This document shows, in pieces, positions 32,371 through 42,044 of a stretch of DNA of 64,000 nt. Below the pieces are notes generated by a model that was not told where the DNA came from, ran no database searches, and worked only from the letters and a program-made list of their open reading frames with translations. Numbering within the stretch: position 1 is the first letter of the stretch; the number at the start of each line of letters is the position of its first letter. The stretch is from an uncultured Planctomycetota bacterium (lineage in GTDB: Bacteria; Planctomycetota; Planctomycetia; Isosphaerales; Isosphaeraceae): contig CAWGMQ010000005.1 in assembly GCA_963823665.1 (NCBI GenBank), forward strand, positions 1,903,748-1,967,747, written 5' to 3'. Made by a program: the position numbers and the translations under genes.

Positions 32371-33324
32371 ATGGAAAGGTCGATCCGCATCGGTACTCGT
32401 GGCAGCCGCCTTGCGCGCTGGCAAGCGAACTGGGTGGCTGAGGAGCTTTGTGCGCTTCATCCAGGTTTGACCACCGAGCTCGTGGAGATCAAAACGGAGG
32501 GGGATCGCGATCGCAACTCGCCACTTGCCGCGATCGGGGGTATGGGCATCTTCACCAAGGAGATTCAACGGGCGGTGCTCGAAAACTCGATCGACCTGGC
32601 CGTGCACAGCTTGAAGGATCTCCCGACTCAGCAGAATGAGGGTCTCGTGCTGGCGGCGGTACCGGCACGGGAGGATATAGCGGATGCTCTTATTGCGCCG
32701 CGCTATCAAACGCTCGCCGCTTTGCCGGTTACTGCTCGGATTGGCACTAGCTCGCCGCGCCGGCGCGCTCAACTATTGTTCCTGCGCCCGGATCTAGAAG
32801 TCGTATCGCTTCGGGGCAATGTAGAGACACGAGTCAACAGTGTAGTTGAAGGACGGCTCGACGCCGTGGTCCTGGCCTGGGCAGGCTTGCATCGGCTTGG
32901 GCTCGAGCACCACGTCACTCAGAGGTTGGGACCACCTGAGTTCCTACCGGCAGTGGGACAGGGAGCCCTGGGACTTGAGTGCCGGCGCGATGACGCGGCA
33001 CTCGAGGCTTTGCTCAAACCACTCAATCACCAGCCGACCTACCGGGCCGTGCTGGCTGAGCGAGCCGTGCTGGCCGCACTCAAGGGCGGCTGCACTCTGC
33101 CAATGGCCGCGTGGGCTCGCGATCTAGCTGATGGCGAAGCGGAGCAGACGGCGCTGAAGCTGGCCCTCGATGCGGCCGTCTTCGACACGAATGGCCGCGA
33201 GTGCATCGTGGTTTCGCTTTGCGGATCGCACCATGACCCGGAAGGCTTTGGCAAGCAGGTCGCTGAGGCGCTTTTCGAACGTGGTGCGGAACGCCTGCTG
33301 GCTCGCGTCGATTCGCGAGCGTAA
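32371..33324 (+). CDS. hemC: Hydroxymethylbilane synthase (porphobilinogen deaminase)
   Basis: IGTRGSRLARWQA, AVHSLKD, GTSSPRR, RGNVETR, PAVGQGAL, GGCTLP. Confidence 0.96.
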   Translation: MERSIRIGTRGSRLARWQANWVAEELCALHPGLTTELVEIKTEGDRDRNSPLAAIGGMGIFTKEIQRAVLENSIDLAVHSLKDLPTQQNEGLVLAAVPAREDIADALIAPRYQTLAALPVTARIGTSSPRRRAQLLFLRPDLEVVSLRGNVETRVNSVVEGRLDAVVLAWAGLHRLGLEHHVTQRLGPPEFLPAVGQGALGLECRRDDAALEALLKPLNHQPTYRAVLAERAVLAALKGGCTLPMAAWARDLADGEAEQTALKLALDAAVFDTNGRECIVVSLCGSHHDPEGFGKQVAEALFERGAERLLARVDSRA

Positions 33325-33691
33325 TAGTTGCTCAAGAGCGCGCAATCCGGATTATCACGACATGTCAAAGGGCATGACGGACGGGCGATGGACTTACAAG
33401 TCGTCGGTTGTTCATCGTCGCTCTGGGGTATCAGATTCGTGTGACAGGCTTACTTTCTTGCCCGTTCCAAATGCTTGGCAAACCGGGATCCATTTTCTTG
33501 GTTATCAACCGAATCAACGGACTGCGCAATCCGATATTCGAGAAAGGGGACGTGCTTGTGTGTGCAGTGCGTTTCCCGTTGATGATGTTTCGATTGGCGG
33601 GCCATGGGCTGCTTGAGCTGTCGTGCCAAAGCGGGCCCAAGGGATCGGCCGAGATAATCCATCGTGCGGCCAACAGGGCGGATTCACCTTG

Positions 33692-34888
33692 ATGGCGATC
33701 TTCCGTACACCGAACGCGAGGCCCGTGGACGAAGCCCAAAGGCTTTGGCTGCGAACTTCTGGACGGAGTGTGTCAAGGTTGCTGCGCAGTGGTACTAACC
33801 GCAGGCCGAGGGTGACTCCGATCGAGGTGGGGCTTTTCGTCCTCGTGGCCTCAACTGCGATGGCGATTGCGTCCATCTCGCTCTGGTGGATACCGGTCTA
33901 TCTCATCGCCGTGGTCGTCGTCTTTGTCACGCCGGCAAAGCGGAAAGCATCGTCAACTGTTTCAGAATCGAGCGTGGAATCTGATGCGGACTGCATCGTC
34001 TCTCACGATTCGAGTTTACGAGTCGATTGTGCTCACGGCCCGGACGAAATCTGTTCCGTCAGCCAATTGGACTCGGAACTGGCGAATGTCGATACGGCAG
34101 GGTCAACCGATTCCAACGCTGATCTGATTGTGGCAGGTGCGACGAAACGCCGTGGCCGAGTCCGAGCACGGAAGGTAACGAGCCCGGTCAATGGGCCGGT
34201 GACTGATTGTCGTCCGGTTGCCTGGGTTCAGGTCGGCCCTGGTAAGTTCGTTCGGGTTGAAGGCGGTGTTCAAGGCGCTGATTCAGCGCAGGTCGATGAA
34301 GTTGCGACGCGGGTTAATCCCGAGTCGGAAACTCCCGTGGAAATGCCATCGTCCACACAAGCAGAAACCGAGCCGTCGACGGAACTGGAGCCATTCACCT
34401 CGCCAGGGATTTTCCCGGGTGAGGTTGGCTTGAATTCCGTCTCGGATGGTTGTGACTCGGAACCGGTCGCTGAAGAGTATGGTATCGCACCCTCTGCCTT
34501 CAGTCCGGCGACGGGAGACGATCCCTCGCTCGATGCTTCTATGGATGATCTGGCGGGTGAAGTCGATGAATCAGAGACCGAGACGACCGCTCCTGGCGAA
34601 CCTAGCAGCTTGCGTTTACCGAGTGGACAAGACGACGGGCCGTTCCTTTATCAACGGAGGATATCGAGGAGCTGGGTGAGGCGGATTCAGCGCGAAACTG
34701 CTCATGTAGTTCCGCGTGCGGATCGAGTATCGCGACGAAGCGTCGCGTTAAAGTCTAGCAGCTCTCGGCATTCGGTTGGGTTGATGCATGGCCCGAGTAT
34801 GTCGCGCCACAAGGTCGAAGTCTGTGCCTGCCGGCGCATGGTCCATGTTCAGCGTCCCACACGAACGCGTTCACCGCCTTGCCGTTGA
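33692..34888 (+). CDS. Hypothetical membrane-anchored, acidic low-complexity protein
   Basis: TM segment then long acidic disordered region with WVQVGPGKFVRVEG motif. Confidence 0.6.
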   Translation: MAIFRTPNARPVDEAQRLWLRTSGRSVSRLLRSGTNRRPRVTPIEVGLFVLVASTAMAIASISLWWIPVYLIAVVVVFVTPAKRKASSTVSESSVESDADCIVSHDSSLRVDCAHGPDEICSVSQLDSELANVDTAGSTDSNADLIVAGATKRRGRVRARKVTSPVNGPVTDCRPVAWVQVGPGKFVRVEGGVQGADSAQVDEVATRVNPESETPVEMPSSTQAETEPSTELEPFTSPGIFPGEVGLNSVSDGCDSEPVAEEYGIAPSAFSPATGDDPSLDASMDDLAGEVDESETETTAPGEPSSLRLPSGQDDGPFLYQRRISRSWVRRIQRETAHVVPRADRVSRRSVALKSSSSRHSVGLMHGPSMSRHKVEVCACRRMVHVQRPTRTRSPPCR

Positions 34889-34897
34889 TGGGATGGA

Positions 34898-35938
34898 CTA
34901 GATGATCAGCATCGCGTCGCCGTAACTATAGAATCGATAATGTTCTCGGACAGCTTCAGCGTAGGCGGCTCGAATCAGATCGATGCCGGCGAATGCGCTC
35001 ACCAAGACAAGCAAACTACTACGTGGAAGATGAAAGTTCGTGATCAGGGCGTCGAGCCCACGAAAGACGTGGCCTGGGCGGATGAACATAGTTGTTTCAC
35101 CCCGAAACGGCTGCAACGTTCCTCCGGCAGAAGCGGTTTCGAGAACTCGGGCCGATGTGGTCCCAACCGCTATAACCCTGCCGCGCTCGAACCGGTGTGC
35201 CTCAATACTTGCAGCGACTTCCGGGGACAATTCCGCCCATTCGGGGTGCAATTCGTGCTCTTCGAGTTGTTCTACCTTGATCGGATAAAATGTACCGAGG
35301 CCGACATGAAGGACCAGATCGACCCAACTGATTTTCGCGCTCGCGAGACGCGCGAAGAGTTCTTCGGTAAAATGAAGTCCTGCCGTCGGGGCAGCGACTG
35401 AGCCGGAGCGTTCGGCATAGATCGTCTGGTAGGTAAGCCCTTCGCCAGGTGACGGATGCCCGCGCCGGATGTACGGCGGCAAAGGAGTTTGGCCGTGCTT
35501 TTCTAACAGACTCCAGATAGTTTCATGGTGGATGTTGTATCCGCCGGGCTTGACAATCCACGATCCAGATGGGGTCTTGCTTTTCAGCACAAGATGTAAA
35601 TCCATATTTATCGTTATGTGTTCACCTTGTATGGGCCGGCCTCGCGTTCTTGCAAGTACTTCCCAGGTGCCTTCAGGCAATTCACGCAGGAACAGCCCCT
35701 CCCATTTTCCATCGGTTGCCACCCGGCGCCCGACGAGTCGAGCCGGCACGACGCGCGAGTGGTTTCGAACCAAGAGATCGCCGGGATGCAAAAGATCAGG
35801 AAGGTCGCGGAAGGTTCGATGTTCCCAGCAGCCGCGCTGTCGGTCGATGACCATCAATCTTGAACGATCGCGTGGTTCGACAGGTTGCTGTGCAATCAGC
35901 TCGTCAGGCAAATCAAAGTTGAATATGGATGTAAGCAA
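34898..35938 (-). CDS. queA: tRNA preQ1(34) S-adenosylmethionine ribosyltransferase-isomerase
   Basis: FDLPDELIAQQP, PLPPYI, SVAAPTAGLHF, VGTTS.R.LE, ITNFHLPRSSL, YRFYSYGDAM; TTG start inferred. Confidence 0.96.
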   Translation of the reverse strand: MLTSIFNFDLPDELIAQQPVEPRDRSRLMVIDRQRGCWEHRTFRDLPDLLHPGDLLVRNHSRVVPARLVGRRVATDGKWEGLFLRELPEGTWEVLARTRGRPIQGEHITINMDLHLVLKSKTPSGSWIVKPGGYNIHHETIWSLLEKHGQTPLPPYIRRGHPSPGEGLTYQTIYAERSGSVAAPTAGLHFTEELFARLASAKISWVDLVLHVGLGTFYPIKVEQLEEHELHPEWAELSPEVAASIEAHRFERGRVIAVGTTSARVLETASAGGTLQPFRGETTMFIRPGHVFRGLDALITNFHLPRSSLLVLVSAFAGIDLIRAAYAEAVREHYRFYSYGDAMLII

Positions 35939-35939
35939 A

Positions 35940-36389
35940 ATGATTGATCTCTTGCATAACGAGTCGTCGTCAAGAACGCCATCGGCTCCTGAACTGGAGT
36001 CATGTGATTCCAGTCGACTCGGGATTCTGTTGTGTCGGGATCTGATCTTCACAACGAAGATCCAGAGAACTGCAACTGATCTTGGCTACCAGATCATGGT
36101 CATCGGTGAGGTGTCAAAGGCAAGATGGGAGATCGAATCAAAACGCCCGCGGTTGCTCTTGATCGACTTGACGACCCGCGAGTTATGCGTTTCTTCTTTA
36201 CTGAGCGAGTATGTGGCGCTTGCCGGTCTCGAGACCTGGCTGGTGGCGTTCGGACCTCACGTCGAGTCGGAGACGCTTGCTGGAGCGAAAGCTGCAGGTT
36301 GCCGGGTTGTCCTGACGCGCAGCAAGCTTGCAAGCGATTTACCCAACCTGCTTCGTTTCTACTTCAGCCACCTTCCGGGAGATGATTAA
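35940..36389 (+). CDS. CheY-like receiver-fold hypothetical protein
   Basis: DLIFTTKI...LLLIDL...VAFGPHV...AKAAGC..V.RS pattern. Confidence 0.7.
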   Translation: MIDLLHNESSSRTPSAPELESCDSSRLGILLCRDLIFTTKIQRTATDLGYQIMVIGEVSKARWEIESKRPRLLLIDLTTRELCVSSLLSEYVALAGLETWLVAFGPHVESETLAGAKAAGCRVVLTRSKLASDLPNLLRFYFSHLPGDD

Positions 36390-36427
36390 CACAACTGCGA
36401 GTTGAGAAAGGCTGATGACGTGTCAAT

Positions 36428-37768
36428 TCAAGCTTTGACGATGCGCTCACGGTAAGCTGAAACGTTCTTGGTTGCATTTCGCGTATCGATCACGAGCGAA
36501 GAGTGTTCGACAATCCATGACCAATCATACGTTGAATGATCGGTTACAATCACCACGCAGTCCTGGCAATGGAGGAAGTCAGGCGTTAGCTCCTGGCTGG
36601 CCATCGAGAGGTGAGGATAGCGCCGCATCACGGGTAGCGTAGGGATAAGTGGGTCGTGGTATTGCACGATTGCACCGCGGTGCAAGAGAAGGTGCATCAA
36701 TTCGAATCCCGGGGACTCGCGGGGATCGTCGACATTTTTTTTATAGGCCATACCAAGAAGGAGGATCTGGCTGCTTTTAAGAGGCTTGGTCCGGTCATTG
36801 AGTGCATTCACAATTCTTTCCACCACGTAGGACGGCATCGCGGTGTTGATCTCTCCGGCGAGCTCGATGAACCGGGTTGCCATTCCAAATTTTCGTGCGA
36901 TCCAGGTCAAGTAGAACGGATCAATTGGTATGCAGTGGCCTCCCAAGCCTGGGCCTGGGAAAAAAGCCTGAAAGCCAAACGGTTTGGTGCTGGCCGCATC
37001 GATGACTTCCCAGATATCAATACCCATGCGATCGTATAGAACCTTGAGTTCGTTGACCAGCGCGATGTTGACGGCCCGGTAGGTGTTCTCAAGGATCTTG
37101 CAGGCTTCTGCAATTTCGGGGCTTGACACTGCTACAACTTCAACAACGACCTGGTCGTAAAGCATGGCAGCCAACTCGAGGCTAGCTGGATCCATTCCTC
37201 CGACGACCTTGGGAATCGTTGGTGCGGAGTGCTCAGGGTTTCCTGGATCTTCTCGTTCCGGGCTGTAAGCCAGGAAAAAATCGGTTCCCGAGCGGAGCCC
37301 GGTTGCTTCAAGGAGAGGAAGAACGACCTGGCGTGTCGTTCCAGGATAAGTGGTGCTCTCGAGTATGACGAGCTGTCCCTGCCGCAACCGGGATGCAATC
37401 ATCTGTGATGACTCGGTTACGAACGTCAGGTCAGGATCACGGGTTGGGGAAAGTGGTGTGGGGACACAGATCAAGATCACATCAGGCTCGTCGAGGCGCT
37501 CGAAGATGCATGTTGCCTCGAAACGGTTGTGGTTCTGGCCGATCATCGTAGAGGAGATGTGGCCAATGTAGCTTTCGCCGCGCTCCAGCTTGGAAACCTT
37601 TGACGGATCACTGTCGAAACCGAGTACAGCAAAGCCCCTGTGGGCGAAGGCCAGGGCCAAAGGAAGCCCGACATATCCCAAGCCGATGACTCCGATGCGA
37701 GCCTCGATAGCCTCGATCTTGGCATGAAGAGACTTGAAGGGGTTCGGGACCTGAATGTGCTCTGACAT
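36428..37768 (-). CDS. Nucleotide-sugar dehydrogenase (UDP-GlcNAc/ManNAc dehydrogenase family)
   Basis: GLGYVGLP, CVPTP, ESTTYPGTT, SPEREDPG, GGHCIPIDP, D.RESP. Confidence 0.93.
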   Translation of the reverse strand: MSEHIQVPNPFKSLHAKIEAIEARIGVIGLGYVGLPLALAFAHRGFAVLGFDSDPSKVSKLERGESYIGHISSTMIGQNHNRFEATCIFERLDEPDVILICVPTPLSPTRDPDLTFVTESSQMIASRLRQGQLVILESTTYPGTTRQVVLPLLEATGLRSGTDFFLAYSPEREDPGNPEHSAPTIPKVVGGMDPASLELAAMLYDQVVVEVVAVSSPEIAEACKILENTYRAVNIALVNELKVLYDRMGIDIWEVIDAASTKPFGFQAFFPGPGLGGHCIPIDPFYLTWIARKFGMATRFIELAGEINTAMPSYVVERIVNALNDRTKPLKSSQILLLGMAYKKNVDDPRESPGFELMHLLLHRGAIVQYHDPLIPTLPVMRRYPHLSMASQELTPDFLHCQDCVVIVTDHSTYDWSWIVEHSSLVIDTRNATKNVSAYRERIVKA

Positions 37769-37907
37769 GAAACGGTCTCGTGTGTCGATCGTCCGATGCC
37801 GACCCTCCGAAGGCAGCGAAATAGTACACGTTATCCCATGACAGACGGCAGTCCAATCCAGCGGAGGTAGTCGGTCGGTAATATCTGCATACTCTAGAGC
37901 AGGCGAT

Positions 37908-38405
37908 TCAGGTCATGGTCGATGATCGTGCTCGACCACCATGGCGAGCTGGTACGATCTCGATGTGCGATGTGTGACGTACTGACTCAGGGGACGAAGG
38001 GGCGGGAATGATCGGGAGAAGTCGAAATGATTCTTCCACGATTCGAGCCACTCCATCAGCCAGCGGCGAGGAAAGAAGTAATCGAAACTTTGCGATCAGC
38101 TCCTCGGCTCTTTCTGAAGAGGGCATCCGGCTTGCCAGCGGATTTGCGGTGGCTGCCGTCGTTCGTGCACCTGACCGAGTAACCGCGGCGACTCCGACTG
38201 AATCCGACGCAGATGTCAGCAAGACCTCGAGCGGAACACCAAGAGCTCGGGATATTCTCCTCAATGTGCCGGCTTGTGGCTTGCTCGTGCTACCTCGCTC
38301 GATCTGGTAGAGAGCGGTCCGGGAGATTTTAGCACGACTTGCCAGCTCGTCAGGGCCCCATCCCTTCGCGTAGCGAAGATCACGGATTCTCCTTGATAAG
38401 TCCAT
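37908..38405 (-). CDS. XRE-family HTH transcriptional regulator
   Basis: IRDLR...ELASRAKISRTALYQIERG..P...TLRRISRALGV. Confidence 0.88.
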   Translation of the reverse strand: MDLSRRIRDLRYAKGWGPDELASRAKISRTALYQIERGSTSKPQAGTLRRISRALGVPLEVLLTSASDSVGVAAVTRSGARTTAATANPLASRMPSSERAEELIAKFRLLLSSPLADGVARIVEESFRLLPIIPAPSSPESVRHTSHIEIVPARHGGRARSSTMT

Positions 38406-38816
38406 GGATGATCCCTTTCGTTGTTAGTTGACGTGCGAGATTAATTTGGCACCCGAATCGGCGCGATCCCGGCCTTGGGGAAGTTTGAACGTGCTGATCG
38501 GAGAACTGGGTGCAAATTCCCGAGGGATTTTGATGATCGGAGTCAAGTCGGTTCTACCGCCGGATGGAATTTGAACTCAACACTCTGCGGTGTGGAGCGT
38601 TTCCAAGTTCGATGGGGAGATGCGGGACAAGACGGCGTAGAAGATCAAAACGCCATCAATCGACCGACGAAATGCGAAGTCCGCGAAGAAGCCTGGAATA
38701 GCATTCCTTGCAATAATACTAAGATGTACAAGATCCGCACAATACAACTTATTCTATCACAATGTCGGATATTCTTGCCGGGGATCGGATCGCAAATAAA
38801 GAATTTGGTCAGCAAA

Positions 38817-39998
38817 TTATGGCACATGGAATCGATAGCCAAGAACACGTGCCCAGAGGTGCTCGTAGGCCGCGACGGTCTGTTCCAGTGAGAATTCGTG
38901 CTCGGCACGGAGTTGTCCAGCCCGGCCGTAGCGCCTGAGACGTTCGGGCGATTCCGCTGCTTCGAGAAGAACACGTGCAAGAGTTACCGCGTCATGTGGC
39001 GGCACGAGCCAGCCTGTTTGACCAGGAACGATCAGATCCTCTGTACCTTCGACCGCGGTGCCGATTACCGCGATTCCAGCAGCCATCGCCTCCAGAACCG
39101 AGTTCGGCATTCCTTCCCAGAGTGAGACATGCACCAGAACGTCGGCAGATTTAAGCAAGCTCGGAATATCATTGCGTCGGCCCAACCAGTGAACCCTACC
39201 GCGCAGTACGTTCGAGTCGGCGATATGGCGTACCAGCCAGTCTCGGCAGGGACCATCGCCAGCCAATGCGAGGTGCCAGTCCGGCCTCTCGGAAATCACT
39301 TGTTCTGCTGCTTGAAGTAGGTCCGGCAGCCCTTTCTGTCGATCGAGTCGGCCGACATACAGTGCCAAATGCGCATTGGCTGGGATTCCAAGAGCAGCTC
39401 GTGGAACAGGGACAGCAGCAACAAACGGCGTGACGTCAATCCCGTTTGGAATGACGGTGAGGCGTTCGGGATCAAGCCCGACGATGTCACGGCTAAAGCG
39501 TAAGACACCCTGCGAGACACACACTGACCCAGTACTTAACACAGCGGTAAGGCGATCTAGAGTCAAGTGCCAGCGCCTCTCGCGCTCAGCAACGCGTAAT
39601 CCTCCGATGACCCAGGGAGAACCAGCCCACGGAGCGGCGAAGCGGGTCAGCAAATTTGCATGAAACATGAAGCTTTGCACTAACTGCGGTTTAAAGCGGC
39701 GCAGGCCTCGCGCGAGCCGAGTGACTGCTTGAAGTGGGCGTTGCCGACGAATGTTCAGGCATTCGCACGGCACATTTGCGTCGAGCAATGCGTCGACCAG
39801 AACCCCACGTTTGTCGAGGCAAAATACTGCTGGCCGCCACCGCTGCGGGTTTAAACGCAATGTCAAGGAGACCAGCGCACGTTCGGCGCCACCCACATCC
39901 AGGTCAGTAATCACCAATGCGACCGGAATCGGCTGTTCTTGCCAGATGCGAGAAGCTTCAGCACTTCGGGCCAGTCGTTTACTGAGACTCTGTTGCAC
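38817..39998 (-). CDS. Glycosyltransferase family 4
   Basis: GGAER, IPNGID, VGRLDRQKG, EGMPNSVLEAMAAG. Confidence 0.92.
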   Translation of the reverse strand: MQQSLSKRLARSAEASRIWQEQPIPVALVITDLDVGGAERALVSLTLRLNPQRWRPAVFCLDKRGVLVDALLDANVPCECLNIRRQRPLQAVTRLARGLRRFKPQLVQSFMFHANLLTRFAAPWAGSPWVIGGLRVAERERRWHLTLDRLTAVLSTGSVCVSQGVLRFSRDIVGLDPERLTVIPNGIDVTPFVAAVPVPRAALGIPANAHLALYVGRLDRQKGLPDLLQAAEQVISERPDWHLALAGDGPCRDWLVRHIADSNVLRGRVHWLGRRNDIPSLLKSADVLVHVSLWEGMPNSVLEAMAAGIAVIGTAVEGTEDLIVPGQTGWLVPPHDAVTLARVLLEAAESPERLRRYGRAGQLRAEHEFSLEQTVAAYEHLWARVLGYRFHVP

Positions 39999-40069
39999 CG
40001 GTTAACTGCACCGCGTGATCAATTTGCCTTTCGACCGGGGTTCGCTGAATTCCGTTGAAAGAAGATCCG

Positions 40070-40798
40070 TCATGAGGCAAAACGCTGATCAATCCATGAC
40101 GGGGTGAGATCCCCCAGCCCAAGGATGACGTCATCAGCTCCTGCACTCAAGAGTTGTTTCGCGGAGTAGGTGTTAGGTACCCCGATGGCCCACATTCCGG
40201 CACTCTTGGCCGAGACGATCCCGGCCAAACTATCTTCAATCACCAAGCAGTTCGTGGGGGTCAGGTCGGTTCGTTTCTTGGCACTGCGTTCTATCATATC
40301 GCCAGCCTTCCCCGTTTGGTTTCGCAACGCAGCCAAGGCGAGCTGGTAGCCTTCGGGATGTGGCTTACAGTTCGTGGTGTCCTCAGCCGAGATGATCACG
40401 GCGACCTGATCGAGCTGATTCAGCAACTTTAAAGAGTATTCAATTTCCGCACGGAGAGCCCCTGAGCAGATCGCAATTGGCCATCGCGCGGACATGGTTC
40501 CCAAGGTTTCGCCCGCCGCTGGAAAGAAACGCAAGCCTTCATTGGCAACTTCGGTATAACGGCGTGCCTTTCGCGCAATAAGCCGATCGATGTATGGTGT
40601 GTCGACGAACTTTTGCGAATCGAGGAGAACCATTTCAAAACACTTTCGGTCGTCATACCCCAAGTATCGTTCTACATACTCTTCGAGTGAAAGCTGCACG
40701 CCTTCTTTGGCCAATATCTCGCTGAACAAGGAGAAGTGCACTGACTCGTCGTCGACCAACACACCATTGAAGTCAAAGATGATCGCATCGATACCCAT
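40070..40798 (-). CDS. HAD-family phosphatase
   Basis: FDFNGVLVD, KPHPEGY, VIEDS..GI. Confidence 0.9.
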   Translation of the reverse strand: MGIDAIIFDFNGVLVDDESVHFSLFSEILAKEGVQLSLEEYVERYLGYDDRKCFEMVLLDSQKFVDTPYIDRLIARKARRYTEVANEGLRFFPAAGETLGTMSARWPIAICSGALRAEIEYSLKLLNQLDQVAVIISAEDTTNCKPHPEGYQLALAALRNQTGKAGDMIERSAKKRTDLTPTNCLVIEDSLAGIVSAKSAGMWAIGVPNTYSAKQLLSAGADDVILGLGDLTPSWIDQRFAS

Positions 40799-41145
40799 TA
40801 AATCGCCTCGGGTCCGCGCTCGCCGGTCCGGATCCGGATGCAGTCGTCAAGCGGGAGGATAAAGATCTTACCGTCGCCAATCTTGCCATCCGGCCCGCTA
40901 CGACCGGCTTCAAGGATTGCGTTGACGGTCGGCTCGACAAAATCTTCATTCACGGCGATTTGAAGTTCGATTTTCCGCAATAAGTTCACAGTCACCTCAT
41001 GCCCGCGATACACCTCCGTGTATCCCTTCTGCCGACCGAATCCTTGAACATCCATGACCGTCAGACGAAATACCTCTACCTTGGATAATGCATCCTTGAC
41101 GGCCTCTAACTTCGTGGGCTGAATAATCGCGATGATGAGCTTCAT
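40798..41145 (-). CDS. glnB: P-II nitrogen regulatory protein
   Basis: MKLIIAIIQP, GFGRQKG..EVYRG T-loop, GKIGDGKIF, IRIRTGE; no adjacent amtB. Confidence 0.92.
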   Translation of the reverse strand: MKLIIAIIQPTKLEAVKDALSKVEVFRLTVMDVQGFGRQKGYTEVYRGHEVTVNLLRKIELQIAVNEDFVEPTVNAILEAGRSGPDGKIGDGKIFILPLDDCIRIRTGERGPEAI

Positions 41146-41383
41146 GAGGGAATTCAAACCAGCGAATTGGGTATTCCGCGGCGAGCTTTTCGTCGCACAA
41201 TCTCGCGCTTTTGGCGCCGATGGCAACTCTTCGTAATTACTGCCATCATAATCAATCCTCGCGATAAGTTCCTGTGCTTTCTGCTGGGTCTGATTCAAGA
41301 AATGCGTAGAGCCCACTAATTTCTTCGGCGCGAAGTGTTCTCCATACGTGACCAGAATAACTATGGCTCCGAGGAACCTGGCC

Positions 41384-42031
41384 ATGAACTGGTGCGACAA
41401 TCACAACGAACGCTGGGACGACGAATCTGTATTTGATCTTGAAGTTCTGCTCGTACTTGCCAAGGGAGGGGACGGTGCGGCACTGGGGAGGTTACTGGAG
41501 CGCTATCGCAACTATGTAGGTCTTCTGGTTCGGCTCCAGATCGGCCGTCGGCTGCGTACAAAGGTGGACATCGAGGATCTGCTCCAAGAAATCTGGCTCG
41601 AGATTCACCGAAAGATTGGATTATTCCGCGGAGGATCCGAACGCGAGTTCTTGAGTTGGGCGCGACGGTTGATTGGTTCGATCTTGGCCAATCAAGTACG
41701 ACATTACATCGGTACCAAAAGCCGTGACCTTCGCCTGGAGCGGGCGCTGGCCGATGAGCTTGACCAATCGTCGCGAGCGCTCGACGAAAGCCTGATTGCA
41801 ACTCACAGTTCCCCCAGCCAGCAAGCCGTTCGCCGCGAGCAGGCGGTACTCCTGGCTGATGCCTTGCAAGGCCTTCCGGAAGACTATCGTGAAGTGATCA
41901 TTCTGCGGCAGCTTGAAGGGTTGAGCTTTCCTGACGTTGCTCGCCGCATGGGCCGAACCGAAGACAGCGTCAAGAACGTGTGGCTTCGTGCCTTGGCCAG
42001 ATTGCGGCGAATGCTGGAGGACCCGCGATAA
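41384..42031 (+). CDS. ECF sigma factor, Planctomycete-specific subfamily
   Basis: LLERYRNY..LL.RLQI..RLR.KVD.EDLLQE, SPSQQAVRRE, LPEDYREVIILR. Confidence 0.92.
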   Translation: MNWCDNHNERWDDESVFDLEVLLVLAKGGDGAALGRLLERYRNYVGLLVRLQIGRRLRTKVDIEDLLQEIWLEIHRKIGLFRGGSEREFLSWARRLIGSILANQVRHYIGTKSRDLRLERALADELDQSSRALDESLIATHSSPSQQAVRREQAVLLADALQGLPEDYREVIILRQLEGLSFPDVARRMGRTEDSVKNVWLRALARLRRMLEDPR

Positions 42032-42044
42032 TGAGTTGGCCCGA

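Noticed and set aside
38447..38462. Sigma54 promoter (TGGCAC)
   Set aside because: No TTGC at the -12 position.
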